NCBI RefSeq assembly: GCF_009834535.1
Contig: NC_045696.1
Location: forward strand, 89,344,001-89,408,000
Reading direction: 5' to 3'
Length of the DNA: 64,000 nucleotides
DNA from: Camelus ferus
Lineage: Eukaryota
Position numbers and translations under genes: made by a program. The notes beneath the pieces were generated by a model. It made no database searches and was not told the DNA's origin. It saw only the letters and a list, made by a program, of their open reading frames with translations. This document shows, piece after piece, positions 22,000 to 34,789 of this stretch. The number at the start of each line of letters is the position of its first letter. The stretch's first letter is position 1.

Positions 22000-24060
22000 C
22001 AATAAAAGAGTGAAAAGAATGATTTCATATATGAAAGCTACATGCATACATATTAAGATAAATATCTGAAAATTACTGAGTTCTCTATTTACTAACTATA
22101 ACCAGTGGGGAAACATAAATGGGAAAAAATATTGCATTCCCAATAGCAACAAAAGAGATGAAACACCTAGGAATAACTTAACAAGAAATGTGAAAGATTT
22201 ATATGAGTAAATGACAAGATTTTACTGTAAGATATAAAAGAAGACTTCATTAAATAGAACCATAATCTGCTTTTGGATGGGACAACTGAATATTACAAAA
22301 ATGTCAATTCCTACCAAATTAATTTATAGTTATAATATAACTCCAATCAGAATCCCAATAGGGTTATTTTTAGAGTATGACAAAATCATTCCAAAGTGCA
22401 GGCAGAGGACAACCGGCCATAGTAACTAATACACTTTGAGAAAAAAAAAAGGGGGTGGCGAGAGGGATTAGCTTTCCCAGAAGGTAAAAGACAGCAGAAA
22501 AGAACAGTGATGTTTTCAGTTTGTTTCTGCTGCTAGTGTAGTTTAGTGAAACAGAATCGATAGGCCAGGAATAGCCCAGAGAATATGTATAGTGATGAGA
22601 AACGGTGTCACAACACAGGGCGGAGTGAAGGATTCTCAGTGCGTGATGCTGGATGTTTACTGGTGGGGGCGGGGGGCGCGGTTGGAGGAAGGAATGGGGA
22701 GAAGCTGCCCTGAATGTGGGTTTCTGTGCACAGGGTCTTCAACTAGAGTTACACGTCCCCCTTCTCTCCCAAGCCCTCATTTTCTCCTCCCTAGGATAGG
22801 AGGAGGGAAATGCTTCGCTGATGAGTTTTGAAGAAGAAATAGAGTGTGAGTGGCTCAGGCCCCTCCTCTCTTGGACCTGCTGGGCCGCAGGGAAGCCGAG
22901 TGCCCTCTGCGCTCAGCTTGTTGGCCCATCGCTGAGGAAGCCCTTGCCCCCAACCTTCGGGGACGCGCTGGGGTCTAGCAGGGCCTGGGTGTGGGCGACT
23001 GAGGCCATTTAGTTCAGGGATGAGGTGTATTAACAGACTATCTTTTTCAGATAAAATTGCACATTCTAATCAGCTTTACTCAGGAATAAAGAAGACCTCT
23101 GCCTGCATTATGTCTCTATCTCTTTATTGGTTTCTAACTCATGAGTGGGAAAGGATGTTATTTGTTGGCTGAGCTAAAACTCCAAAACTGAACTAAGTGG
23201 CTGGCTAGTTGGGGGGAAAATTTATATCATAACACATACCAATATATGAACAACAAACTTTTATAAATGTCAGGCTGTTAAAAACAAAAACTGGAAGACA
23301 TGCAAATTGCTGAATCAGGGGAGACTCTCTAAGGTTAAAAACAAATGCAAGGACCCCAAAGGTAAAGACACACAGCTCTAACAAGATTTAAAAAGAGCGT
23401 GTACATGTAAAAAAGCAATAAAATGAATGAAAAGGCAATTATCAAACTGGAAAATTATTTCTAGTAAATGTTACACACAATTGCTGCCCTAAATTTCCCA
23501 AGGACACAGACAAAATGATCAGAAAAAATGATCAGGATCATGAATGGCTAGTGAATATGTGGAAACTGCCCAATACACGTATGATCAAAGAGATACAGTT
23601 AAAATGAAATGCCACTCTTTGTCTACCTGGTTGGAAAAAAGATGATAAAACAAGAATACTGGTACTGATGAGCTTATAATGAAATGATCACTGTGACTGG
23701 TAGGAACATAAGTCAGTACCATTTTTCTGAAATGAAATTTGGCAAAATTTATCATGAGTCCTAACACTTATACCTTAAAAAATTTTTTTTTTTAAATAGA
23801 GGTACTGGGAATTGAACCCAGGACCTCCTGCATACTAAGCATGTGCTCTACCACTGAGCTATACCCTCCCCCCTCAACACATACCTTTTGACCCTAGTAA
23901 ATCTAGGAATCTATCGTAAGGAATTTGCAGACATGCAAAATAAAGATTTATGTCCCTAGGTTTTTATGATAAAATAAGTGGAAAAACATATCCAATGTTA
24001 ATAAATGTAAACCCATTATATAATAGAATAGTTTATGGCTATCAAAATTAAGCTACAAAA
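22000..24060 (+). mobile_element. Old L1M ORF2 fragments (with a GC-richer gap near 22650-23150 and a SINE)
   Basis: aaacacctaggaataacttaacaagaaatgtgaaaga, aatgtcaattcctaccaaattaatttatag. Confidence 0.65.
23777..23874 (-). mobile_element. Camelid SINE (short tail)
   Basis: gaggtactgggaattgaacccaggacc...ctctaccactgagctataccctcccc; imperfect TSD aacac(t)atacctt. Confidence 0.9.
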
Positions 24061-25319
24061 AGCTTCTTAAAATCACCTTAGAACATTTTTAAAAATCAAC
24101 AACAAGAAACGTATAAGCTTCTCTGGTAAAGCAAACGATTTAAGGCAGCTTGTGAGTAAATTTAAAATTCAGCAAGATTGCTCAAGTTAGAAGTGGGTGA
24201 GGGAAGGAGGCCAACAAGAGTAGAGACAAAATAAGATCTGGAAAGAACCTATTACAAAAATGAAAACCATTGCTCAAGTCTGAACGTTAGCTATGGTTGG
24301 GCCACAAGTCTGACTCTATGGAAATTCAAAAGGGAGCAATATCTTAGAACATCACAGTGTGGAATTCGCTAGGGAGGCAACATGAGATAAATCCAAAGAT
24401 CGTTAGGCATGATTAAAGGCACATGTGAGGTTCAGCAATGACTTTGTGGTGGATCCACTTGGCAGATGTCTGTGATTTTCTCCAGCAACTCTCAGCAGCC
24501 TGAAAGCAACAGAAGCCACAGCATCAGAGGCTGAGAAAATGAGTGCTGGGTAAATTCAAGTTTGGAAATTGACACAATGAATGTGGGAGAAAACCAGAGT
24601 AGTAAAAGCATCTGGGGTACTGGTTTAAGCAATAATTAAGTCACTCAACCAAAAGTGATACTTTTGGATACATATCGCGTGCCAGACACTGTCCTAGTTT
24701 TTCTTGGATATGTCAGTGAACATAACTAAGATCTCTTAAGTATGGGAGTAGGGTGGGGAGGAGGGCACAGAACAAAGAATAAACACAATAAATATGTGTA
24801 ATTAAGAACAAAAGAAGTGACTGAGCAGGGTGCAGGGAGATGGGAGTGTGGACTAGGGGTGGGTGAGGATGCGTGACTCGGCAATAAGACTTAAAGAAGG
24901 CGAGTCACAAAGACATCTGGGCTAGCAGGGTCTAGAATGGGCAGTGTGGAAAGAGGGGTGAAACCAGGAGCTGCATCTTAGATGGAGAGGGTGAGAGGGT
25001 CTGGAAATAGTTCATATGGGAAAGAGAGAGAAGTCAGGAAGCTGTCCCAAGAGTGGGGAATTCCTGATTGGAATCTTAGAGATTCACAACTCTTATCTTA
25101 AACTCACCCCCCTTCCTTGGAGAACTATTTTTAAAATTTCCAATTACACATGTCCCCAGAGGTGCAGCTTTTTCCCTGCCTTGATTTTAGGGAAAGTGCT
25201 ATATGGACATAGTGAAAAATTAGAATTTTATAGGAAAGAACTCCTTGATACTTTTTTTTTTCAGTAAAGGATTGAATGACTCACACCTTCAAAAGTGCCT
25301 TCTTTAGAAGTTTCAAAAT

Positions 25320-26730
25320 AAAGGTAGATTTGGAGGGCACATAATTGTACAAACAGAATGATCGCAACTTTATCAGATAGCAACACAGTCTAAAATCACA
25401 TGCATAGAAAAAAAGAAAAGGAGGATGGAAGAAAATACTAAACTATCTACTATGGCTGGCTGGCTTTGGGTGGTGGGACAACATAAGCCCCCCCCCTTTT
25501 TTTTTTCTGTGTTCCTTCTTGTTTTACTTTGATAATGGCTGAAGAATATTTTACTTAAAAATAGGCTAGGTTTTCTCCCTCAATTTTCGCTTAAGTATAG
25601 TCCTGCTAGAAAGGAAGGGAATGCAATGGGCCAAGGATACAAGGGGTAATTTCTGTAGGAAATAAAAATAGTAAAGTTAGTATGAAAAGATAGGCAACAT
25701 CACTAGTAACCAAAGATATGAAAATTGAACTTTTTAAAATGTATCATTTTTGCTTATTACATTGGCAATTTAAAAAAAAGATTTATAATCTGGAACTGGA
25801 AAAAGATGGAGGCAAAGAAATCATCAAGTAAATGGTTCAGCAAAATTCCTAGAACTAAAGGAAATCGAAAGAGCTGACTGAGTGACCATCAACACAGATG
25901 AAAGCAGACACACGTCAAGGCAGAGTCTCAAGACGTTTCACAACACAGAGGATGTAGATAAGGTCTTAGACGTTTCTAGAGGGAAAAGAAAACAGCTTAT
26001 GCAAAAAAGGATCATGAATCAGAAGAGCTCTGGATTTTTCAACAGCAAAAGTGAAAACTAAAAGAACCTGGAGAAATGTCCTTAAAAATATAAGAGCAAT
26101 GATTTCCAGCCTGTAATTTTATACCCACCAAACTATCAATCAAATGATGATAGGATAGAGACATTTTCAAGATCTCATAAATTTAGCTCTGATTCATTTT
26201 TTTTAAGGGGAAGCTCCTGGAGGGTGTGCACCACAAAAACTAAGGAGTAAACTAAGACGGAAAACCGCTGAAAGAAGAGGCAGGAAAAGAGGACATCTGG
26301 AGTGATGTTAAAGAGAGACCTCCAAGTGGCCGCCAGCCCCGCTTGGAACAGGTCGGAAGTCTCCTAGAGAAAATCCTTCAGGAATATGATCTGATGAATA
26401 CCTGATGTCTGCCAACATGTTGAGAGGAATTTAGAGGATTAATGGGGAATTTGCGGTCAAATTGGTAGTAAGTATGTTGAAAAATAAACAAAAGTAGACA
26501 ATTGTTGACTCCAGGGAAAACAAGAAGTTGTACAGGAAGGGACTGTAAATCAGAGCACAGCTTCTGACTCTGTCTGAATTATGTCTAAATAGTCATCAGA
26601 ATGTCAGCACTAACTATCCCTCTAATCAGAGTCACGACATGACTCCACTGGAAGGATGGGGGATGAGGAAGAGCATGTGGATGATGTGGAGAAGAACTCT
26701 AAATCCTTTTCTTTCATAGAGGGAAGTTAA
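25320..26730 (+). mobile_element. Old L1M fragments
   Basis: aaaattcctagaactaaag, gatttccagcctgtaattttatacccaccaaactatcaatcaa (ORF1-like). Confidence 0.6.
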
Positions 26731-28128
26731 AGAAAGATGTGTAAGCCAGACAGCTCTTCTCCCTCCGGACACTCTTAGTCTGGATGGGAAATTATCAGAA
26801 TGGCAAACAGCCTGAGGACAAAGGTGACAAACTGGGAATAGACAGCAGAATAGAAAAATGGAATCTGGCTCCTTGGTGATCTAGCACTGAATTAACCAAT
26901 CCTGAAAACTACTGAGATCTCTTTGGTGTGCAAGGACCTTGGTGATGATGCTGTGAACATCCATGGCTTCCACATTCAAGTACTTGGGACAATGAGCCCC
27001 ACAAGTTGGAACAGCCATGGAAGATTTTCTATAGAAGTCTAAAAGCAAAGAAAAAGCCAGTGTTAATGATAAGATACATTATGATTAAGCACTCATCATG
27101 GGCCATGTCCTTTGAGCCAGCTGAAGACTGATAGCCATTTCGGACTATGAATTTCACTGCCTCTGGTCTTAAATCTTTGCATACACAGAATTATTGAAAG
27201 AAAAAATGACTTCACTTAAAATGACCCCTAATGTTTGTATAGAAGTTTACACTTTTTAAGGAATGATTTCAACACATGACAAATCACTGCTCTAAAGAAA
27301 CACACTGTCATGTGCTAGCTACTTCAGAAGTGCTAAACTGAAGAAACGAGTAAGACCACGTACATTTCTACAAGGGCTTTCAAATATATAGAATTACCAA
27401 AGAATGAAAAAATTTGTCCTTAACTTCACAGAACAAAAAAGTAAATAAATAAATAAAAATAAAGGTGGTGATAGGTGGACTTTCAAAAAAAAATTATAAA
27501 CTTCAACATATTATAATCACAAGCAATGGAATTAAGCTTCTCAGTATGTTTGCTGGTATTGCTGGAGATCTAAGGAAACTGACTCTCAACTGTTTATCTC
27601 AAGTAGCCAAAAAGAAATTCACCTGTAACCTAATATACAATAATTGGTTATAATTATTAAGCTCCCCGGATGTGCTGGGGGGTTTATGCAGTACTTTATG
27701 TGCATCTTTTCATTGATTTTCATGATTATCTTAGGAAGGGAGGTATTGTTATTGTCTCCTTTTGGCTTGGACAAGTGTGGTTCATGGAGGTAAGATCTGG
27801 ACCCAGACATGCTCAGTTCTAGAGCCTGTATGCTTAACTGCTGTGCTGTGTGAGCTCTGATTAACGGTGAGGACATCTGAGATCAGGTATGAGAATGATG
27901 CCTCGACCAGTCTTGAGCAGATTTCTGTATTAGACGTTCAGTGTGGGTGTATTAACGTGGGCCAAGAGTTCTCTAAATGCAGGTGCGTACACCTGGTACT
28001 CCTCCCAGCTCTGCATCTCTCTTTGTGCTCAGATGTACTTGACTCTGGCCTGGATGCACCATGTAAATACTGCTTTCATATTTGCTCAAGATTTTAGTTT
28101 TCTGTTTGTTGTAAGATCTTACACTTAC

Positions 28129-28246
28129 CATACCATCATGTCTGGTTTTGATTGCACGCCCCCATAGGCCAAGGAGTGTTGTCTGTGTTGCCCACTTGTT
28201 ACAGAGTTCTGTCCCAGTCCCAAGTCCTGCCAATCACTCGTGCAAA
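28129..28246 (-). other. Candidate 118-nt internal exon on the IL12A strand (probably non-coding)
   Basis: Acceptor gctcatttttcttacttgcag| and donor ATG|GTAAGT in non-repetitive sequence. Confidence 0.45.
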
Positions 28247-28916
28247 CTGCAAGTAAGAAAAATGAGCGAGCAGGAGGGGCTCAGTAAGGGGATGGCGCTG
28301 AACGAACCCCACTCAGACACAGAGCCTGGGAGCCATCTGAGCCAAGTGTAAAGAAAGCATGGGCCTCTAGGCCCCAAACAGAGAAGCCCAGAGTCTGACC
28401 AGGCACCCTCCAGAGGTACTGCATTTGCTTGCCAAGGAATCGGTACAAAGCAGCTTGTGAAAAATATCCCAGCATGCTCTTGACAATCCCTGAAATGAGA
28501 CTGGAAAGCGTTAAACAGGATTGGATTGTCAATAAATGATAAGTAAGAACATCAGCATAAAAAGCTTTATGTCTGTCTCAATTATTCACTCTCTGATGGT
28601 TCAGATGTGCATCTTCCCGGCCCTGGTGTTAATAAACACTGACATTTGAAGTGAAGTGAGCTGTTTCCATATCCTTTGAAAATGGAAATGGAAGTGTTGA
28701 GAGAATGCAGATGAATTCAGCTCTTTTTCAGTTGTTTCTGGCAGAAAGTTGTTCCGAATAACCTATGATATTACCAGAAAGAGGGATTGGAAGTTTCTTT
28801 ACATGGGGTGAGGATTTCAGAGGGAATGGTCAGAAATTTTCCTAAGGGGAAAAAATATCATAGTGGCAAGAGATGGAGAAAGATATTCCAGGGAATATAG
28901 AATTAAGAATATATAA

Positions 28917-29049
28917 GGGGAAGGGTATAGCTCAGTGGTAGAGCGCATGTTTAGCATGCATGAGGTCCTGGGTTCAATCCCCAGATCCTCCATTTAATAA
29001 ATAAATAAACCTAATTACAACCGCACTGCTACCCACCCCCCCGAAAAAA
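28917..29049 (+). mobile_element. Camelid SINE
   Basis: ggggaagggtatagctcagtggtagagcgcatgtttagcatgcatgaggtcctgggttcaatcccc...aaacctaattac. Confidence 0.92.
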
Positions 29050-29760
29050 GAATTATGTGAGATATTCCAGAGAGGCTTGCTCTTTGAACTGTGGTTTCGG
29101 GATATAAGGAATTATTAATTGGCCTCTAGTTTCCAGAGAGGAAGGCAAAGACCCCACTAGTATCAGTCTGATAACTTGGTCCTACCTAGAGACTAGGGCT
29201 TTGGGCCCTGCCTTTGCTGGGAATATAGCAAAGCTCTGAAAATCCATGGTTCTTCTGATCCTGGAGACTCCTCTCCTTGGAAGGTTGGGAAGGGAACTGT
29301 TGGGTTTCAAGGATGCTTACATCTTGAAAAAATTAGCAGTGGTACTCAGTGACTTGGAAGCTTCTTCTGTATTCATTGTGATTTGGGATACTGTCTATGG
29401 CAGGAATTATGAACATTGCCCATTTCAAAAGACTAAGTATTCATTTTATAATTTAAAGCAGTTATAGAAGTTTGTAGTTGTAGCTATGTTTTCTGGCACA
29501 TCATTTGTGGCCCCTCTGCTGTAGGAAATGCTGAAATCCAGATCGGAAGGCAACCTCAATTATGAATTGTCATATGGGAAAGTAGACCATGCTTCTTAAT
29601 GCTGTAATTACAGATATATTCACATATGGACACAGAAAACCCCCAAGAGAACACATCAAATATTGACAGTGAATTTTTAATTCTTCATTCAGATATTTCT
29701 TTGTTTTCTGAAATTTATACAATAAGCCTGTATTATTTTATAATCAAAAAATAACAGAAA

Positions 29761-29893
29761 GGGAGGGTATAGTGCAGTAGTAGAGTGCATGCTTAGCATT
29801 CACGAGGTCCTGGGTTCAATCCCCAGTACCTCCACTAAAAATAAGTAAGTAAATAAACCCAATTACCCCTCCCCCCAAAAATAAACAAAAAAA
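29761..29893 (+). mobile_element. Camelid SINE
   Basis: gggagggtatagtgcagtagtagagtgcatgcttagcattcacgaggtcctgggttcaatccccagtacctcc plus A-rich tail. Confidence 0.92.
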
Positions 29894-30220
29894 CCCAGAG
29901 GTTCTTTTGGAACAGAAACAAGGTACTGTCTACTCCATCACTGGATCAGAACAGTCCAAAAATCCTCTGTAATGTGGGGTCAGAATGCAATTACACCATA
30001 ATTTACTAATAGAAAATACTGAAGCATAAGTAGTGGGGATACGGGAGAAGTGTCCTCAGTTCTCAGGTGCAGGAAGTAAGGCCAAAAGCCAGCGGCTCAC
30101 AGGGAAATGTGGCTGCTCTCTTGTCTACAGGAATTCTGTTCATCCAGGAGACCCCATTAATTTGAAGTTACCCCGGGACTATTTATGGAATCCAGAAAGA
30201 CCTTTGATGGCTTCACTCAC

Positions 30221-30400
30221 TCTGTCTAGAAGATTCTCCTGGAGTCCTGAGCTTGTCTCAGTCAGCACTGAAAGCCTGAGAGAGAGACAAAGAGAGAGCG
30301 AGCGAGCCAGCACCACACTTGCTTCTTGACTCAGTCCTGCTTTATAGCTGCACCTGATGGAAACATCTGTTCTTCAGCTAAATGGTAAATATTTTAAATA
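30221..30400 (-). promoter_or_regulatory. Candidate TATA promoter with first exon (or 55-nt internal exon 30275-30221) on the IL12A strand
   Basis: TATAAA 30346-30341, AP-1 TGACTCA 30327-30333, E-boxes 30351-30356 and 30364-30369, donor AGA|GTGAGT after 30221, alternative acceptor ctctctctcag| before 30275. Confidence 0.4.
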
Positions 30401-32029
30401 CTCATGGGTCAGATCCTATCACTGCTTTTGGATCAGCTTTTGGAAATGAAAATTTCAGTCTCATTTGGCAAGTTAGAGGGTGACACTTGGGTTCCCTCCA
30501 GCAACCCCAGTTATGTCAGGAGCTTTGTCGTGGGAAGACTTTGCTAGATCTTGTTTTGACTTGGCTCTGTATATCCTGGTGACTCTGGGAAAATCACCTT
30601 GGTTTCTTCTTCTGGCATCTGATTGCTCGCCTTCCAGATGACCCCCAATAATTCCTGCCTCCTCCTAGTCATACCCTTGTGTAGTCCCCTCCCCGCTGTA
30701 CCAAGGGAAATAAATTTATTTGTATTGTATATACATGAAACTGAGACTCCAAGGAGTTAAGTAATTTGATTAGTATAATGGGCTAGAGGAACATAAATTT
30801 TGTGTCACCTGATACCAAATCCAAGACCTTGTTCACCTTCTCATAATGCTGTTCCTTGGAAGGAAAGGAAAGGAATGAAATAGTCACTTTCCATTGATTC
30901 AAATGGTTGCTCACAGGGTTAAGCAGTGCCCTCACACCCAGAGGTGATGTACAAACACATATTTACCCTCCCACAGTCTTTTCAGTCAAATACATTAATA
31001 AATGATGAGTAACATCAAGAGGGATGTGTACCCCCCTTTACTCTTGTACCTTTTAAATTAATCAACCCACCCCCTTTTCTGTTGGTGCAGAGATAGATTT
31101 ACATAATATCCTGGTTGCCATGGCTGATACTGCCCTTTGTTAGTTAACTCTTAAAGGAGGAGTCGTGTAAAAGCCTGTGAATGACCACATGAATTATGCA
31201 TAAGGGACTCAACTCCAGTCATGCATATAAAATGGGCATTAAGAACCCAACTCTGATGCTCTTATTCTTTCACAAAGAGCCCCACACAGGGCTTGCTGGC
31301 CTGGTCTGTAGCTCTCTCATAGCACGAAATGGAGTTTGATGTATTGGTTTGAACTAATTCCAAAATGGAGACCACTAACCAAGAAAATCAAGTTATATAA
31401 ATACATTTGGCATCTGGCAACTGACAATAATGTGCTTTCTAAAGTTTCTGTGTGCCTTGTAGAGCATTATAGTACACTCTGTGCACACAGTGACTGATGA
31501 AATCTAACCCCTCCTTCTTCCACCCAGCCAAGAAGAGCCAGTTTGAGACTGGTGAGTGATTTGCTGAAAGAATTCAGAAGGTACCAGAGGAGATTCATGT
31601 TCGAATTCCATCTCCTGTTCTCCAGCCTTACTCTCTAGGGTGCCTTTGAAGGTCAAACTGAGTCTCCATGAAATCACCCTCCACCAGGTGGACAGACCAT
31701 TCCGACTTTAGGAAGGAAGATGGTGACCCAGGGTGTCCCCTGCTCTTCAGTGCAGCAGCCAAACTCCCTTTCAACATCATCAGCTGTCCAAGATCCAGTT
31801 CAGTTAGCTCAAACCCATCTTCTCACCAAATTCCTAGGCTATTAAAGATTCAAGGATGCCTCAAAGAAGGTGTCTGGTCTGTCTTTTTGTCTGAGACTCT
31901 AAACTCTAGCATGGCCTGTTGGAAAAAGAGCATCCCTATGTATAGGTTTGAGTGAACCTTACTTGGGAGAATTGGTTTTTGTTTTTCAACCACTCGTAAG
32001 AACAGCTTGCTGATGCTTTCTGATGGTGG

Positions 32030-32710
32030 CAATGGAAAAAGTCAACATTTGGGTCAGCTGGCACGCATGCCTAGTCCAAGCCATGGCCATCCCCACCAGG
32101 CTACTGCAGTGGCCCCTGATGTGGTCTCCCTGCCTCCCCTCTCACTTCGTACTGCCCATTTCCACACAGCAGCTGAAGCCACCAATGGCTTCTCATCACA
32201 CTTAGAATAAAGCCCAAGCTCCTCACCCTGGCCGATGAGGCCTCCAGAACATGGCTCTGCCTGGTTTTTCTAACTGATTTTGTACCATCCTCCCCATGCC
32301 CACCACTTTCCAGCCCTCGCTTTCTTACAGTTCCTTGAACACATTAAATTTGCTTCTACCTACAGTCCCTCACACTTGTTCCTTTTGCCTGGAATGACCC
32401 CGATGATTGCCTTTCCAGCTCTTGTCATTTCCTTTTCTTATTAAACGTCACTTCTCCTGAGAATCCTTCCCTGACCACCCCATCTGAATGAGTTCCAGCA
32501 TATAACTTGGTTTTATTTTCGCCTTAATACTTCTGGTATTTTCTTGTTTATTCAATCTGTTTTACCGTCTGGCTTTCCCCGACTGTACTGTTAGCTCCAA
32601 AGGCAGGAACCTGGTATGTGTTATTCTCCATTGTGTCTCTAGTGCCTAGAACCCTGGCTGGCACTAGCAGACACTCAGTGTTTGTTGAATGAATAAATGA
32701 ATGAATAAAT
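32030..32710 (+). mobile_element. L2 3' end
   Basis: cacttagaataaagcccaagctcctcacc...gtgcctagaaccctggctggcac...tttgttgaatgaataaatgaatgaat. Confidence 0.8.
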
Positions 32711-34789
32711 GCTTTTGTTTTCATTTGGATCAGCCATTCTAGAAAAATATGTTGGTTTATTTCCATCTGAATTGATTCAGCCATCTTGTAAAAACAAATC
32801 CTTCCCAGTTAAGAGTCAATTCATAGTTGAATAAAAATGACTGGGCGAGCCAGCTCAGGCTTCAGTAAGTTAATGTGCTATATCCCTGATGTGTACAATT
32901 CAAATCCCTGACTCAGATACCTGAAAATGTCATTTGAGTTACAATTACTGGTCCTGGGACTGCCTTACTTTACCTTTATCTGGGCTCCGAGGACCCGACA
33001 CAAGTTCTTTGTTTTCTGTAAGTCTTTGACACACCCTCCCCCCACCCCCAGCCCACAGAACTGCTCTCCTCCTGGGCTCCCTCCTGCTTCTATAGCGCCG
33101 CGGAGTACTCCAGTCACTCCTCAGGCCTTGGGTGGAGGTGGCTATTAGATGTCTGCTCTGTGGGGGGAATTTGAAGGCAGCATGAGGATCTCAGTCCCTT
33201 TATTTGTCCTGGGCTTCTGTTTTGGACCCTTTCTCGCTGTGTTTGTCCTATGGGTATTCTGTTGACCTGCAGATCAACTCCAGTAGCCTTTTCTCTAGTT
33301 CTTTTCATTTTTAAATGACTGTCGACTCTTAGCAACACTGGGCGCTCAGGACAGTCTGCCCCTAATTCTGGCCACAGTTAGTGGCAGTGGTCAGGGCAGA
33401 GTTCAAAGGGGGGCTCTTTCTGAGATGCCTGAAATGGTCGAGGGCTTCCCCTTTTCCCTGTGGTTGAGAACATCCAGTGAAGCCTTTCTTACCCAGAAAT
33501 GGGTTGTAAAAAGGCAATAACTAGATTCTTTTATCTCCCATAATAGCTTTCCACAAAGGAGGGAGACCTTTCCAGCTGAGACAAAGCCTGACTTTAGCTG
33601 ATGCTGCTGGCAGACCCACAACAAGCCCTCTCTGTGGCCAGGGACCCACTGGCATCCTTTGCCTGATAAAGGGGGATGCATTAGCACAGACCCTGACATC
33701 CCCTCTCCCTGAAAAGGAGTTCGAATCTCGGAGGAAATCGTGTCCTTAGTGTAAAGATATGGTAAAAATTTTAACTTTTTTTTGACAGCAGACAATCCTT
33801 CCCCTCTCCATAGGAAGACTGGTACTCTTAGGTGATTCTTTTGCTAAAACACTTGACATGAGAGTGGGGCATCTGAGTTATAACCCTGGGTCCTGGGACT
33901 ACATTCTAAGGAAGGTAGATTCAGATGATTGAAAAGTGCAGAAAATTCCTGCCCCCAGTTCTCTCTTACTGGCCAGGAGTTTTTGCCCCATAAATCAATT
34001 TCTTTTTGTCTTGAGAGCCTTCTGCTTTTGAGTGCTTTTATTAAAACGTAACTCTCCCTGACAGGGATGGACTCTAGGACATTCATCAGTGGTGGGTTAT
34101 AACTGGTATGGACCCTCACGTACATGCCACAGAGTCCTATAATAGTATAACACTCTTACAGTATAGAATTGACCACATTGCTTGTTTCGTGGTTGTCGCC
34201 CCACCAGGTGGACAGGGACTAGACAATCTGTCTTATCCATCCTTTTACCCCTGCGCCTAGTCCTGTGCCTGGATCCTTAGCAGATATTTCTGAATGAACG
34301 ACCAACATTGCAAGATGCTTCCAAGTCTAGAAGCCTGCTGAGCGGAGGAGTAGAACACAGACGCTGGCACAAAAATAGTTGTGGGGAGGGGGTCTCCCTC
34401 AAGAAAGGGAAGAGGATCCCCAGACTTCTGAATCTTTCATCCCTGGTGACACAAAACACAGATGGTGACAAGAAGAGCTGCTTCAGTGGAGAGACAGTGA
34501 AAGTTCTCAGGAGACACTGTGGACATTTTTAAACACTTTCTCCGGCCTACTGACAAGCCAAGGCCCCTGCTTCTGTGTCTGTGACAACTGAGCGAAGCCA
34601 TTTCATCTCCTCACTAATCGGCAAAATTCTTTCCTTGCTACAGCATTTGGAGTGTGAATTCTAAAGGTAACCTTGGGAACCAGCTCCTTCAGTAAACCAA
34701 GGGAATTAGTGCAGGCTTCAGTGTTGGCTGTGCCCAAGGTAATGTCGACTGGATTTTCTCAGGTCACATCCCACTCTGAAAGAAATCGT

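Noticed and set aside
28917..28992. tRNA-Ala(AGC)-like gene (and 11 similar copies)
   Set aside because: Copies carry A-rich tails, mostly a shared aaacctaattacc segment, TSDs and scattered substitutions: SINEs, not tRNA genes.
31681..34215. Identical 15-mer CCACCAGGTGGACAG at 31681 and 34201, resembling CTCF sites
   Set aside because: Mismatch in the conserved GGC core, and the second copy appears to sit in an L2 remnant; needs PWM scoring or ChIP data.
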